Below, in pieces: positions 27,001 to 36,391 of a stretch of DNA of 52,694 nt. The notes beneath the pieces were generated by a model. That model saw only the letters and a program-made list of their open reading frames with translations. It was not told where the DNA came from and did no database searches. Origin of the DNA: Eubacteriales bacterium (GTDB taxonomy: Bacteria > Bacillota > Clostridia > Oscillospirales > QAKW01); NCBI GenBank assembly GCA_045546815.1, contig JAZQDN010000089.1, forward strand, positions 1 to 52,694, written 5' to 3'. The position numbers and the translations under genes are program-made. Positions within the stretch are counted from its first letter, which is position 1. Every line of letters begins with the position of its first letter.

Positions 27001-29514
27001 CTTTTTCTTTTTAATTACAACTAAAGCGACTGCACCTAAAGCAGCAATTACCGATACCACGGTGCAAACAAGTGTTTTTAAAAGACGTCCGTCACCGCCG
27101 TTATTATAATGAGCGGTAGGCTGACGCGTTTCATCACCCTTGTGAAGCCAATCTGAAATATTTGAAAACTTATATTTATCTATAGTTGCCTCACCCGTTG
27201 CAAACACAACGCAAAGGTCAATGTCTTCGCATTTATCAATATGGACCGTAAGCTTTTTAACGTTTTCGGGCACCGGTTGCTGATCGCCAACCAGCGGTGA
27301 GGTGGGCAGCGGCTTGGCTTCCATAACGCTGAAGGTTGCCGCATCTCCATTCACAATATGCGCCGTTATTGTTTTGTCGTTTTTAGTAAGAGTCGCGCTC
27401 TTTTTATCATCAGAAATAACTATATCGGCATCGGTATGAGCAAACCAATACATATCTGCGCTGTCGGTAAATCTTATTTCGTCCTGCACAGTAACGAATC
27501 CATTTTTCTTATCAAGGCTGATGCCGCGCAAAAAGCTTTCAACGCCTTCTTCTTTGTTATAGGCGTCAGTCATTTTGGCAACTGCATACGCAAGGTTTTG
27601 TTCCGACCAAAAATTTGATATGTATACGTCACCGCGTTTTTTCATGGCATAGTCGCCATCAGGATTGAAGATGACCGTGTTATGTCCTTCGGCACGGAAG
27701 CGATAGGTATTGTTAAGGTCGGAAACATTGTAATCGTTAGAGCCGAGGTCCATGAACCACACCTCGCCGTTTGACTGAAGCTGGAACTGACCTGCATCCA
27801 TATGCTCCGCCCCGCCTGTACCGCCGTTGCCGTACGGCTTGTCGCAATGTAACCCTACATATGTATCCTCGTTTCGCATTGTTGCAATTTCAGAAACAGG
27901 GAAATATGCATCTAAAAGATTTTTACTGTCATATTCTTCGTTCATTATCGGGTCATAATACAGTATATCATCATACTTTCCGAAAGAACTTTCCTCAAAC
28001 GAAAGTATCCGTTCAAGAACAGGCTTTACCGTTTCGGGTGTGCTGAATTTGTCGGCAAGATACATAAGCTGAGCAGGATAAAACGCTTTGTGGGTAGCCC
28101 CTACGTTGTGATAATTAAAAATTTGAACGGGGCCGTTAGCCGCCACAAAATAGGTGCTTGTCATATTCATACCCGGCAAATCAACGTATCCGTAATCGCT
28201 CCCCGTAGTCATTTCGAGCGATTTTATCAAATAAGAGAAGTTCTGCATCGCAAATTCCCAATACGCAAAGCCTTCTTCAAACGCTCCCGAAGGTGCAAAA
28301 AGCATCATTGTCGGGCGCATTGCCTCGAGCATTTTGGGGAGAATTGTTTTTGCTTTTTCAAGAGTTTCTCCTTCAAACTCATCCATCATTGACAGCATTG
28401 CAACACCAACACCGCCTGCGCATACGCAACGCCAGTTGTTTGCATTGCCCTCTTTATACCATTGATAAGTGCGTTTTCCCACGCAGCCGTTTATGTCCTC
28501 GAGTATGGTTGGAATAACGTGCTTTTCAATGCCTGCTCTGATAGTTGCGCGCTGTCCGTCTGTCATCCAGTTATATATCCAGTCGTAGCCGAGCGCAACA
28601 CCCGCGCTCATTACACCTACGTCGAGGTAGTGCGAAGGGTTCCAATCGGGAAAAGCGCATACTGCCGCCATTTCGTCGTATGCCCTTTGCGCATACGCCT
28701 CGTCGCCAGTAATCAAGTAGGCAAGTGAGCACGCAACGATTACGTCGCTTGCTTCCCACGATACATAAAGAAGTCTTATACCGTCGCGAATTTCATAAAC
28801 TGACGGTTCCACCAATAAATGATAGTTTGCTGAGTTTATTATTCGGGTGCACAGCTGTTTATAGATTTCGTCACCGTTTTCGTCGTCTAATTCTCTACGG
28901 ATAGTTTGTATTTTATCCTCGCTCAAAAGCAGTCTCGGATGCGGATTGCCTTGGTTGTTGGTTGTAAGACGCGAGTATAATTCCTCGCCGCTTACGTCAT
29001 CAAACAAAAAGCTTTCAAGCATTTTTCTTATTTCAAGCAGATTTGACGTCCAGTCGAAAAGCGCATCAATATTTTTTGACGAATATGCAACAAGTCCGTT
29101 ATCCTGAATACTGAGATTATATGAAAACGCGGAGCAAAGCTTGTTTATATCCGCGAAGACAACGCCGTCCTCGTTTGTTTGCACCCCAACCTTTACACTA
29201 ATGTCACCAAGAGTTAAATGCACCTTGTTTTTCTTGATATCGGTAACTGTTGCATTTATGCTTTTTGCAAAAAAATCAACGGGAACAAAAATACCGTCTT
29301 CGGTTTTGTACGGTGTGATATTTCGGTTTTCGGAAACGTAGTCCTTTTGGCCGTAGACCAAAACGTTCGGTTTATTAAGATACATAACGACTGAATTTTT
29401 CATGGCGTTTTTAAAATCCTTTTCATTTGATGCAAAAACAGTTTGAGAGAAAAAAGCTGTCAGCATTACCGTCACAATCAAAAGTGCAACGGTTTTTAAA
29501 AAAGTTTTTTTCAT
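26992..29514 (-). CDS. Surface-anchored heparinase II/III-like (polysaccharide lyase-like) protein with N-terminal copper-amine-oxidase-like stalk domain
   Basis: Signal peptide. A ~120-aa domain like Cu_amine_oxidN1. NNWRCVCAGG, then EHMDAGQFQL...RAEGHNTV, typical of the heparinase II/III C-terminal domain. C-terminal TM helix plus KKKKKK tail. Confidence 0.6.
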   Translation of the reverse strand: MKKTFLKTVALLIVTVMLTAFFSQTVFASNEKDFKNAMKNSVVMYLNKPNVLVYGQKDYVSENRNITPYKTEDGIFVPVDFFAKSINATVTDIKKNKVHLTLGDISVKVGVQTNEDGVVFADINKLCSAFSYNLSIQDNGLVAYSSKNIDALFDWTSNLLEIRKMLESFLFDDVSGEELYSRLTTNNQGNPHPRLLLSEDKIQTIRRELDDENGDEIYKQLCTRIINSANYHLLVEPSVYEIRDGIRLLYVSWEASDVIVACSLAYLITGDEAYAQRAYDEMAAVCAFPDWNPSHYLDVGVMSAGVALGYDWIYNWMTDGQRATIRAGIEKHVIPTILEDINGCVGKRTYQWYKEGNANNWRCVCAGGVGVAMLSMMDEFEGETLEKAKTILPKMLEAMRPTMMLFAPSGAFEEGFAYWEFAMQNFSYLIKSLEMTTGSDYGYVDLPGMNMTSTYFVAANGPVQIFNYHNVGATHKAFYPAQLMYLADKFSTPETVKPVLERILSFEESSFGKYDDILYYDPIMNEEYDSKNLLDAYFPVSEIATMRNEDTYVGLHCDKPYGNGGTGGAEHMDAGQFQLQSNGEVWFMDLGSNDYNVSDLNNTYRFRAEGHNTVIFNPDGDYAMKKRGDVYISNFWSEQNLAYAVAKMTDAYNKEEGVESFLRGISLDKKNGFVTVQDEIRFTDSADMYWFAHTDADIVISDDKKSATLTKNDKTITAHIVNGDAATFSVMEAKPLPTSPLVGDQQPVPENVKKLTVHIDKCEDIDLCVVFATGEATIDKYKFSNISDWLHKGDETRQPTAHYNNGGDGRLLKTLVCTVVSVIAALGAVALVVIKKKKKK

Positions 29515-29550
29515 AAATCTCCTCCAAAAATCAGCGCTTTAAATTAATAA

Positions 29551-29572
29551 AACAGGCTGGTAACAGCCTGTT
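29551..29572. terminator. Hairpin after the 55-aa peptide gene
   Basis: Stem AACAGGCTG/CAGCCTGTT. T7 on the plus side and TTTATTAATTT on the minus side. Confidence 0.55.
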
Positions 29573-29575
29573 TTT

Positions 29576-29743
29576 TTATTCAGCGATTTCTTCTTCGTCT
29601 TCAAAGTCGTTTTCAAAAACGTAGTTTGTCGAAGTGAGCTTTTGCTTTTTCTTGTTAAAATAATTAAGTACAACAAAGGTTGCAGCAACCGCAGCGGCAA
29701 CACCGACAATAATTGAAACAATAACAACTGTATTCTTTTTCAT
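29576..29743 (-). CDS. 55-aa single-pass membrane peptide with acidic tail
   Basis: Not in the track. ATG at 29743, 7 nt after GGAGAG. Translation MKKNTVVIVSIIVGVAAAVAATFVVLNYFNKKKQKLTSTNYVFENDFEDEEEIAE. Has its own promoter and hairpin. The track ORF 29539..29727 in another frame looks spurious. Confidence 0.55.
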   Translation of the reverse strand: MKKNTVVIVSIIVGVAAAVAATFVVLNYFNKKKQKLTSTNYVFENDFEDEEEIAE

Positions 29744-29778
29744 ATACGGCTCTCCTTAAATTTTAATTACATATTTTT

Positions 29779-29807
29779 ATTATACAGCGATTAATCAAAA
29801 AATACAA
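29779..29807 (-). promoter_or_regulatory. Sigma-A-type promoter for the 55-aa peptide gene
   Basis: Minus strand: TTGTAT, 17 nt, TATAAT. Confidence 0.5.
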
Positions 29808-29815
29808 CATTTTTT

Positions 29816-30214
29816 TTACTTTTTTCTGAACACAATTTTATACATAAGCAGCATACACACGGCCTCGGTAACCACGCCGCCGAGAATAAGCGCTGCCGCA
29901 CCGCCTGCGATAGCGGAAAGAACGCCCACAAGCACGCCGTTTAAAAACCACAGCACTGCTATACATATTATATATATCATAATCTGCGTCAAAAGCAGAT
30001 AAATGCTCTCAAGCCTGTTTTTAAACACAACGTGCTTTAAAAGTACAAACAAGACCACCGCCCACACAGCCCACGAAATGAGCGACGCGCCGCCGCCGAC
30101 AACGGCAGTCAGCACAGTGCGCAGAACAGAGCACAAAAACACGACTATAAAGTATCTTATAAGCTCGCGGCGGTTATTGTAGATTTTATCAAAAAAGCTG
30201 TCAAAATTTTTCAT
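29816..30214 (-). CDS. Small 4-TM membrane protein, GtrA-like
   Basis: Start set to MKNFDSFF at 30214; the GTG at 30244 lies inside a terminator hairpin. Four TM helices. Motifs LLKHVVFKN and YKIVFRKK are reminiscent of GtrA. No obvious SD. Confidence 0.4.
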   Translation of the reverse strand: MKNFDSFFDKIYNNRRELIRYFIVVFLCSVLRTVLTAVVGGGASLISWAVWAVVLFVLLKHVVFKNRLESIYLLLTQIMIYIICIAVLWFLNGVLVGVLSAIAGGAAALILGGVVTEAVCMLLMYKIVFRKK

Positions 30215-30224
30215 AATTATCTTT

Positions 30225-30260
30225 AAAAAACAAGCAGGAAGCACGCTCGGCTTCCTGCTT
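30225..30260 (-). terminator. Terminator after the SLH-protein gene
   Basis: 11-bp stem AAGCAGGAAGC/GCTTCCTGCTT followed by GTTTTTT on the minus strand. Confidence 0.75.
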
Positions 30261-30265
30261 ATAAA

Positions 30266-32278
30266 TTATGCTACTGTGTAGCTGATTACTGTGTTTGCAA
30301 GGTCAACTGAAAGTGTTACTGTTGCGGTATCGCCGTTTGCAAGCGGTGTGCCGTCAGTGCCCTTGAAGAACTGGTTGATGAGATATACTCTCTGTGTATC
30401 TGTGTCGATGAAGCACTTGTTTGTTTCATCGTAGTATGCGTTGATCTTAACCTTCGAGTTCTTTTTAACGTAGATGTTTGCAGGAGTTGTCGGTGCGTTT
30501 GCATCGGGTGTCTCGGGTGCAACGTAGTCGTCGGTATAGGTAACGATATCGCCTGCCTCGAGAGGTGTTGCAGAGTTTACGTTGTCAAACTTAACTTCAA
30601 ACTCAACTGTCTTACCTGTCTTGATATTTTCAGCCTTGATTCTGTTAACACTCTTTGCAGGAACGGGTGTGATCTCAAGGATTTTGAGTGTTGCATAGTT
30701 TGTCTGGAATGCTTCCCAGGTGATAACGTAGCTGTCAGCAGTACCGTCTGTAATGAAGGTGTATTTAGGACCTGAAAGATCGTCCTTTGCTACGAGTGCA
30801 ACGTCGCCTGCCTTAAAGAAGGCGTGCTCAAGATGCTTTGTATCGTCGGAGAATATGAACTCGTTTGAGAAGCCGAGACCTTCGGGAAGCTCGCCGGGAC
30901 CGAACTCTTTAAGCGGTGTTACAACAGCGCTGCCTGCGTCAACGTAGCAGGTGCCGTTTGCTTCGTAAAAGCTTACAAAGTCGCCGACCTTAACTGTTGT
31001 TGAGAACTTACAGTCAAGAACGTTGTAGTTTCTGTATTCGTTTGCAGTACCTGCATAGTAGTAGTCGTAGATTGTGTAGATACCGTTGTTGATTCCGACA
31101 ACCTTACCGGGACGTGACTCGGTTGCAAAGATTGTGGTAGCGGCATCGTCTGACTCAGCCTTCATACATTTAAAGAGAAGGTTGGGACGGTTTACGATGA
31201 TCTTGTTTACGCCCTTGAGTGATGCAACAAGTGTTGAAAGGTCATAGTTGGGGTCGTCAACCGGCCAGGGTGCTTCGTTAAGATAAAGGAAGGTTGATGT
31301 CGAGAACTTGAACTCGAGCTCTTCGGTCTTGAGTGAAGCGTTGTTACCCGATGTGATGCTGAGCTTTGCGGGTGAAAGTGTTGCTGTAAGAGTTGAGCTT
31401 ACAGAGTATGTAAGGATCTCCTCGTCCTCTGTGTATGTGAGTGATTTGTCAGCGTCTGAATAGGTGATCGTGATGCCGTAGCCAACGTAGTCTGAAAGGT
31501 CAGCCTCGAGGTCAACGTCAGCACCGTTTGATAAAAGAACGCCGTTTTCAACGTTGTAGCCGAGCTTTTTACCTGTGGTTGCACGGATTACAAGGTCGAT
31601 GCTTGACATATTGAATACTTTTGCAGCAAGTGAGTTAAGGGGGTTACCCTCCTCGTCGGTGTAAACACCGAGCTCACCCGATGAACCGTCTGCAGAAACG
31701 ATAGCAGCAGTGAAAGCAACCGCAGCCTGCTCACGTGTTACAGGTGTATCACCTGCTTCAAGACCGGTCTCGATACCGCTCATTTTTTCAACGCAAGCGT
31801 CAGGATACTCGTCGCCGTCTTCAACAAGGCAGAGCACCTTTGCAAGAATTGTTAAAAGTTCGTTTGCGGTGATGGGCTCTGACGGCTTGAACTGTGAATT
31901 TTCAACGTTGGTTGTGATAAGGTAGTTATCAACAGCCCAGCAAAGATAAGCCTTAAGCGCCGATGTATCAGCGATGTCGCCGACCTCGCCGTCACCGACA
32001 AAGTCAAGAGCAACCGACTCATAATCTTCTGCGTTGATATTGTCGTTGTAGAGCATTTTGTAAACGGCAACAACCGCATCAGCACGTGTGAGGTACTGGT
32101 CGGGTCTGAAGTCGCCGTCCCAGGTACTTGTGATGATACCGAGTCTGTCTACAAATTCGATTGCCTGCATGTTTTCGTTGTCAGCAGGTACGTCATTGTA
32201 GGCGAGTGCCGAAAAACACATTGTGCAAAGCATGAGAAGCGTTATGCACATTGCAGTTAAGCTTTTTACAAATTTCAT
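30266..32278 (-). CDS. Cell-wall-associated protein with N-terminal SLH repeats
   Basis: Signal peptide, then three SLH-like repeats (AYNDVP...FRPDQYLTRADAVVAVYKML; ...FKPSEPITANELLTILAKVL; ...TPVTREQAAVAF). The large C-terminal region is unrecognised. Confidence 0.7.
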   Translation of the reverse strand: MKFVKSLTAMCITLLMLCTMCFSALAYNDVPADNENMQAIEFVDRLGIITSTWDGDFRPDQYLTRADAVVAVYKMLYNDNINAEDYESVALDFVGDGEVGDIADTSALKAYLCWAVDNYLITTNVENSQFKPSEPITANELLTILAKVLCLVEDGDEYPDACVEKMSGIETGLEAGDTPVTREQAAVAFTAAIVSADGSSGELGVYTDEEGNPLNSLAAKVFNMSSIDLVIRATTGKKLGYNVENGVLLSNGADVDLEADLSDYVGYGITITYSDADKSLTYTEDEEILTYSVSSTLTATLSPAKLSITSGNNASLKTEELEFKFSTSTFLYLNEAPWPVDDPNYDLSTLVASLKGVNKIIVNRPNLLFKCMKAESDDAATTIFATESRPGKVVGINNGIYTIYDYYYAGTANEYRNYNVLDCKFSTTVKVGDFVSFYEANGTCYVDAGSAVVTPLKEFGPGELPEGLGFSNEFIFSDDTKHLEHAFFKAGDVALVAKDDLSGPKYTFITDGTADSYVITWEAFQTNYATLKILEITPVPAKSVNRIKAENIKTGKTVEFEVKFDNVNSATPLEAGDIVTYTDDYVAPETPDANAPTTPANIYVKKNSKVKINAYYDETNKCFIDTDTQRVYLINQFFKGTDGTPLANGDTATVTLSVDLANTVISYTVA

Positions 32279-32310
32279 GTTTTTATCCTCCGATAAATAG
32301 ATGTGTTTTA

Positions 32311-32339
32311 ATTATATATATTAAAAGCCCGCGCGTCAA
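32311..32339 (-). promoter_or_regulatory. Sigma-A promoter for the SLH-protein gene
   Basis: Minus strand: TTGACG (in the loop of the upstream hairpin), 17 nt, TATAAT. Confidence 0.6.
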
Positions 32340-32390
32340 CGCAGGCTTTTAAAGTGTAACACAAATGAAACATTTGTTGTTATTTTACAC
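32322..32390 (-). terminator. Two tandem hairpins downstream of prfB
   Basis: Hairpin 1 (32354-32390): ACAAATG/CATTTGT with outer GTGTAA/TTACAC. Hairpin 2 (32326-32347): AGCCTGCG/CGCGGGCT with one mismatch, followed by TTTT on the minus strand. Confidence 0.5.
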
Positions 32391-32412
32391 AAAAAATATT
32401 TTAAAATTTCGT

Positions 32413-33510
32413 TTATAATGACAACAGATAAGCGTTGACAAAACCGTCGATATCGCCGTCCATAACCGCGTTTATGTTGCCCGATTCAAAGCCGGTGCGG
32501 TGGTCTTTTGCAAGGGTGTAGGGCATAAAAACGTAGGAGCGTATCTGTGAGCCCCAGCCGATCTGCATATGCTCGCCCTTGATATCGTCGATTTTTTCAA
32601 GATGCTCGCGCTCTTTGATCTCAACGAGCTTTGACTTGAGCATTTTCATCGCCATTTCGCGATTTTTGTGCTGTGAGCGCTCGTTCTGACAGGCAACGAT
32701 AACACCCGTCGGGATATGTGTGATACGGATGGCACTTTCGGTTTTGTTTACGTGCTGACCGCCCGCACCCGATGAACGATAGGTGTCCACCTTTAAGTCT
32801 TCGTCACGGATGTCGATGTTTACATCGTCGTCAAGCTCGGGCATAACCTCGAGCGATGCAAACGATGTGTGACGTCTGCCCGACGAGTCAAAGGGTGACA
32901 CGCGCACAAGACGGTGAACGCCGTTTTCGCCTTTAAGATAACCGTAGGCATACATACCTTCTATAAGAATAGATGCGCTTTTTATACCCGCCTCGTCGCC
33001 GTCAAGGTAGTCGAGCACGGTGATTTTGTAGTCGTGGCGCTGGGCAAAGCGGGTGTACATACGGTAAAGCATTTCAACCCAGTCCTGCGCCTCGGTGCCG
33101 CCTGCACCCGCGTGGAAGGTAAGGATAGCGTTATTTTTGTCGTACTCGCCCGAAAGCAATGTTTTCAGCTTTGCTTTTTCAAGCTCCGCCTCAAACTCGG
33201 GAAAGCCCTTGACGATATCGTCCTCAACGTCCTCAAGCATACCGTCGTCGGCAAATTCGACCAGCGTGCGCAGGTCCTCATAGCCGCGTATAAGACTGTC
33301 GTACTCGGCAATCTGCGTTTTCGCATTTTTTATCGCCTGCGACACCTTCTGACTTTTTTCCATATCATTCCAGAAGTCCGCGTTTGCGGTGAGTGCCTCG
33401 TTTTTTTCAAGCTCCGCCTTTATTTCGTCGAGCTTTAACGCGTTGTAAAGATTTTTAAGGCTGTCGTCCATTGCCGAAAGCCTCATTTTGTATTCGTCTA
33501 TAATTATCAT
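32413..33510 (-). CDS. prfB: Peptide chain release factor 2 (uninterrupted frame)
   Basis: SPF motif (RVSPFDSSG) and GGQ motif (SGAGGQHVNKT). 365 aa from a single ORF. Confidence 0.93.
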   Translation of the reverse strand: MIIIDEYKMRLSAMDDSLKNLYNALKLDEIKAELEKNEALTANADFWNDMEKSQKVSQAIKNAKTQIAEYDSLIRGYEDLRTLVEFADDGMLEDVEDDIVKGFPEFEAELEKAKLKTLLSGEYDKNNAILTFHAGAGGTEAQDWVEMLYRMYTRFAQRHDYKITVLDYLDGDEAGIKSASILIEGMYAYGYLKGENGVHRLVRVSPFDSSGRRHTSFASLEVMPELDDDVNIDIRDEDLKVDTYRSSGAGGQHVNKTESAIRITHIPTGVIVACQNERSQHKNREMAMKMLKSKLVEIKEREHLEKIDDIKGEHMQIGWGSQIRSYVFMPYTLAKDHRTGFESGNINAVMDGDIDGFVNAYLLSL

Positions 33511-33539
33511 AACTACTCCGTAAATTCTGTTATTACAAT

Positions 33540-33568
33540 ATTATATATTCACAAAAACATTTTGTCAA
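33540..33568 (-). promoter_or_regulatory. Consensus sigma-A promoter upstream of prfB
   Basis: Minus strand: TTGACA, 17 nt, TATAAT. Confidence 0.7.
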
Positions 33569-33594
33569 CACGCGCAAAAACGCCAAAATAACTA

Positions 33595-33623
33595 TTTATT
33601 TTTCGGAAAATATATAGTATAAT
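33595..33623 (+). promoter_or_regulatory. Possible promoter of the membrane-protein/lepA block
   Basis: TATAAT at 33618-33623 with a weak -35 (TTTATT) at 17-nt spacing. Confidence 0.35.
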
Positions 33624-33656
33624 GAATATTAATTATATTTATAAGGAGTACTTACT

Positions 33657-34577
33657 TTGAAAATAAAGCGTTTTCTACAATGTTGCACAGTTGTTGCACC
33701 CGCCTGCTTTGTCATAAGACTGCTGCAGTATTTTACCGTGATCACAAAGGATGGCTATTTTGTTCACAGCGGTATACTGTCGCAGATAATGTCGTGGTCG
33801 GTTTATGTAATGTTTGCCGTTGCCGCGGTGTTTGCACTTATCATCACCTTTGCAAAGCCGAAGGTGCAGACTGACTTTAACCGTGCTGTCGGCGGCAAAG
33901 GCATCGGCTTTTTATTTATTATCGCCGCAGTATTTATAATGATTTCAAGCGGTATACAGTTTATGTCGGCGTCCTACCGCTTTGCGTGGCCGATAGGACA
34001 GCAGCACATACCCGATATACTCAAAATTCTGTCGGCGCTGCTCGGTGTACTCACCGCGATATACTATGCACTGCTCGGTATATCAAAAATATCCGACGCA
34101 CCAAAAAAGCAAAACAGCCTTTTTGCAATTGTCGCACCGCTCTATTTTGCCTTTTACGGCATCTGCGAGTTTTACACCACCTTTGAGAGCGCAGGACAGA
34201 GCGAAACAAAAATATTTATGCTGTCTGTATGTATGCTCGCGCTCTTTTCAATAACGCTTGCGTTGGCGCAGGCAAACGCCGAGGTGTACGACGGTCGCCT
34301 TGCGGGTGCTGCGGGGCTGCTCGCGGTATTTACCGCGGTGACAGGACCTGCGTTTCTCATCGCAACGCTGTTTGGCAGGGCACAGTTTAACATATCCTAT
34401 CTTGTACACGCGTTTGTGCACACCGCGTTTATGCTCATCGCGTTTGTCGTGCTGGTGCGCCTTGGCTATGCAAAGCCGACAGAGGACATTGGTGAGATCG
34501 AGCCGATCGAGTTTGACTCTCTCGATAAATATATAAACGAAATCCCCGACGAAGACAGAGGTAACAATGAACAATAA
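33657..34577 (+). CDS. Polytopic membrane protein, unknown function
   Basis: TTG start 8 nt after AAGGAG. About 8 TM helices and an acidic C-terminal tail. Overlaps the lepA start by 11 nt. Confidence 0.6.
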   Translation: MKIKRFLQCCTVVAPACFVIRLLQYFTVITKDGYFVHSGILSQIMSWSVYVMFAVAAVFALIITFAKPKVQTDFNRAVGGKGIGFLFIIAAVFIMISSGIQFMSASYRFAWPIGQQHIPDILKILSALLGVLTAIYYALLGISKISDAPKKQNSLFAIVAPLYFAFYGICEFYTTFESAGQSETKIFMLSVCMLALFSITLALAQANAEVYDGRLAGAAGLLAVFTAVTGPAFLIATLFGRAQFNISYLVHAFVHTAFMLIAFVVLVRLGYAKPTEDIGEIEPIEFDSLDKYINEIPDEDRGNNEQ

Positions 34578-36378
34578 AGAAAACATACGTAACTTTTCAA
34601 TTATCGCGCATATCGACCACGGCAAGTCGACTGTCGCTGACAGACTGCTCGAAATCTGTAACGCCGTGACACAGCGCGAGATGGAGGACCAGCTGCTTGA
34701 CAATATGGACCTCGAGCGCGAGCGCGGTATTACCATAAAGGCGCGTGCCGTTCACCTTGACTACAAGGCGCTTGACGGCAAAAACTATACCATCAATCTT
34801 ATCGACACACCCGGACACGTTGACTTTAACTACGAGGTGTCGCGCGCACTTGCCGCCTGCGAGGGCGCAGTGCTCATCGTTGACGCATCGCAGGGTATCG
34901 AGGCGCAGACGCTCGCAAACACATATATTGCGCTCGACAACGACCTCGAGCTTGTGCCGGTTATAAATAAAATCGACCTGCCCTCTGCCGACCCCGAGCG
35001 CTGTATCCACGAAATTGAGGATATCATCGGCATTCCCGCAGAGGACGCCCCGCTCGTATCGGCAAAGCAGAATATAAATATGCAGTCGGTGCTTGAAGCA
35101 GTCGTGCACAACATCCCCGCACCGCAGGGTGACGAAAACGCACCGCTGTCAGCGCTTATCTTTGACAGCTACTACGACAGCTACCGCGGTGTTATCGTTT
35201 ATATAAGAATGGTCGACGGTACGCTGAAGGTCGGCGATAGAATCAGAATGATGGCAACAGGCGCCGAGTTTGAGGTAGTCGAGGTGGGATATATGCGCCC
35301 CCTTGGTCTTGAGCAGACAAAAATGCTTGAGGCGGGCGACGTAGGCTATTTTACCGCGTCAATCAAAAACGTTGAAAACACACGTGTCGGCGACACCGTC
35401 ACCCACGCAGAAAAACCGTGTGAAAGCGCGCTTTCGGGCTATAAAGAGTGTACCCCGATGGTGTTTTCGGGTATTTACCCCGCAGACGGCGCAAAGTACG
35501 ACGACCTGAAAGATGCGCTTGCAAAATTAAAATTAAACGACGCGTCGTTTATGTTCGAGCCCGAGACGTCGGCGGCACTCGGCTTTGGCTTCCGTTGCGG
35601 CTTTCTGGGACTTTTGCATATGGAGATCATACAGGAGCGAATCGAGCGCGAGTTTATGCTCGATATCATAACGACCGCACCGTCGGTATCGTATCTTGTT
35701 GAAAAGACTGACGGACAGAGCGTTTATATCTCAAACCCGACCAACTACCCCGACCCATCGGAGATTGCAAAGACCCTTGAGCCTTACGTAAAGGCGGACA
35801 TCATCGCACCCGAGGAGTTTGTCGGTAATATCATGGAGCTGTGTCAGGACAGACGCGGCATCTTTAAGGATATGACATATCTTGACACAAGCCGCGTGAA
35901 TATACATTACGAGCTGCCGCTGGGCGAGATCGTCTACGACTTTTTTGATACGCTCAAATCGCGCACCCGCGGCTATGCGTCGCTTGACTACGAGTTATCG
36001 GACTATAAAGAGTCAAAGCTTGTAAAGCTCGATATTATGCTGTCGGGCGAGGTTGTCGACGCACTTTCGTTTATCGTTCACACCGACAAGGCGTACCCAA
36101 GAGCGCGTAAGATGGCAGAAAAGCTTAAAGAGCATATCCCGAGACAGCTTTTTGAAATACCCATTCAGGCGGCAGTCGGCGGCAAGATCATCGCACGTGA
36201 AACGGTAAAGGCACTGCGTAAGGACGTGCTTGCCAAGTGCTACGGCGGCGATATTACGCGTAAGAAAAAGCTTCTTGAAAAACAAAAAGAAGGTAAAAAG
36301 CGTATGCGCTCACTCGGCTCTGTCGAGGTGCCGCAGGAGGCGTTTATGGCAGTACTCAAGCTTGACAGCGACAACTAG
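34567..36378 (+). CDS. lepA: Elongation factor 4
   Basis: [15 protein letters not shown]-domain and a LepA-specific C-terminus. 603 aa. Confidence 0.96.
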   Translation: MNNKENIRNFSIIAHIDHGKSTVADRLLEICNAVTQREMEDQLLDNMDLERERGITIKARAVHLDYKALDGKNYTINLIDTPGHVDFNYEVSRALAACEGAVLIVDASQGIEAQTLANTYIALDNDLELVPVINKIDLPSADPERCIHEIEDIIGIPAEDAPLVSAKQNINMQSVLEAVVHNIPAPQGDENAPLSALIFDSYYDSYRGVIVYIRMVDGTLKVGDRIRMMATGAEFEVVEVGYMRPLGLEQTKMLEAGDVGYFTASIKNVENTRVGDTVTHAEKPCESALSGYKECTPMVFSGIYPADGAKYDDLKDALAKLKLNDASFMFEPETSAALGFGFRCGFLGLLHMEIIQERIEREFMLDIITTAPSVSYLVEKTDGQSVYISNPTNYPDPSEIAKTLEPYVKADIIAPEEFVGNIMELCQDRRGIFKDMTYLDTSRVNIHYELPLGEIVYDFFDTLKSRTRGYASLDYELSDYKESKLVKLDIMLSGEVVDALSFIVHTDKAYPRARKMAEKLKEHIPRQLFEIPIQAAVGGKIIARETVKALRKDVLAKCYGGDITRKKKLLEKQKEGKKRMRSLGSVEVPQEAFMAVLKLDSDN

Positions 36379-36391
36379 GAGGAAAACCACT

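Noticed and set aside
26992-27120. C-terminal TM helix plus Lys tail of the heparinase-like protein as a sortase sorting signal.
   Set aside because: There is no LPXTG or variant (SPKTG/PPKTG) motif upstream of the helix. It is treated as a plain membrane anchor.
29539-29727. 62-aa track ORF (MLLFQLLSVLPLRLL...).
   Set aside because: It has no RBS and an odd composition. A different frame on the same strand (29576-29743) has an RBS, a promoter and a clean TM-peptide sequence.
30215-30244. GTG start at 30244 for the GtrA-like gene.
   Set aside because: The codon lies in the loop of the SLH-gene terminator hairpin. ATG 30214 is preferred, although it lacks a clear SD, so the gene call itself stays low confidence.
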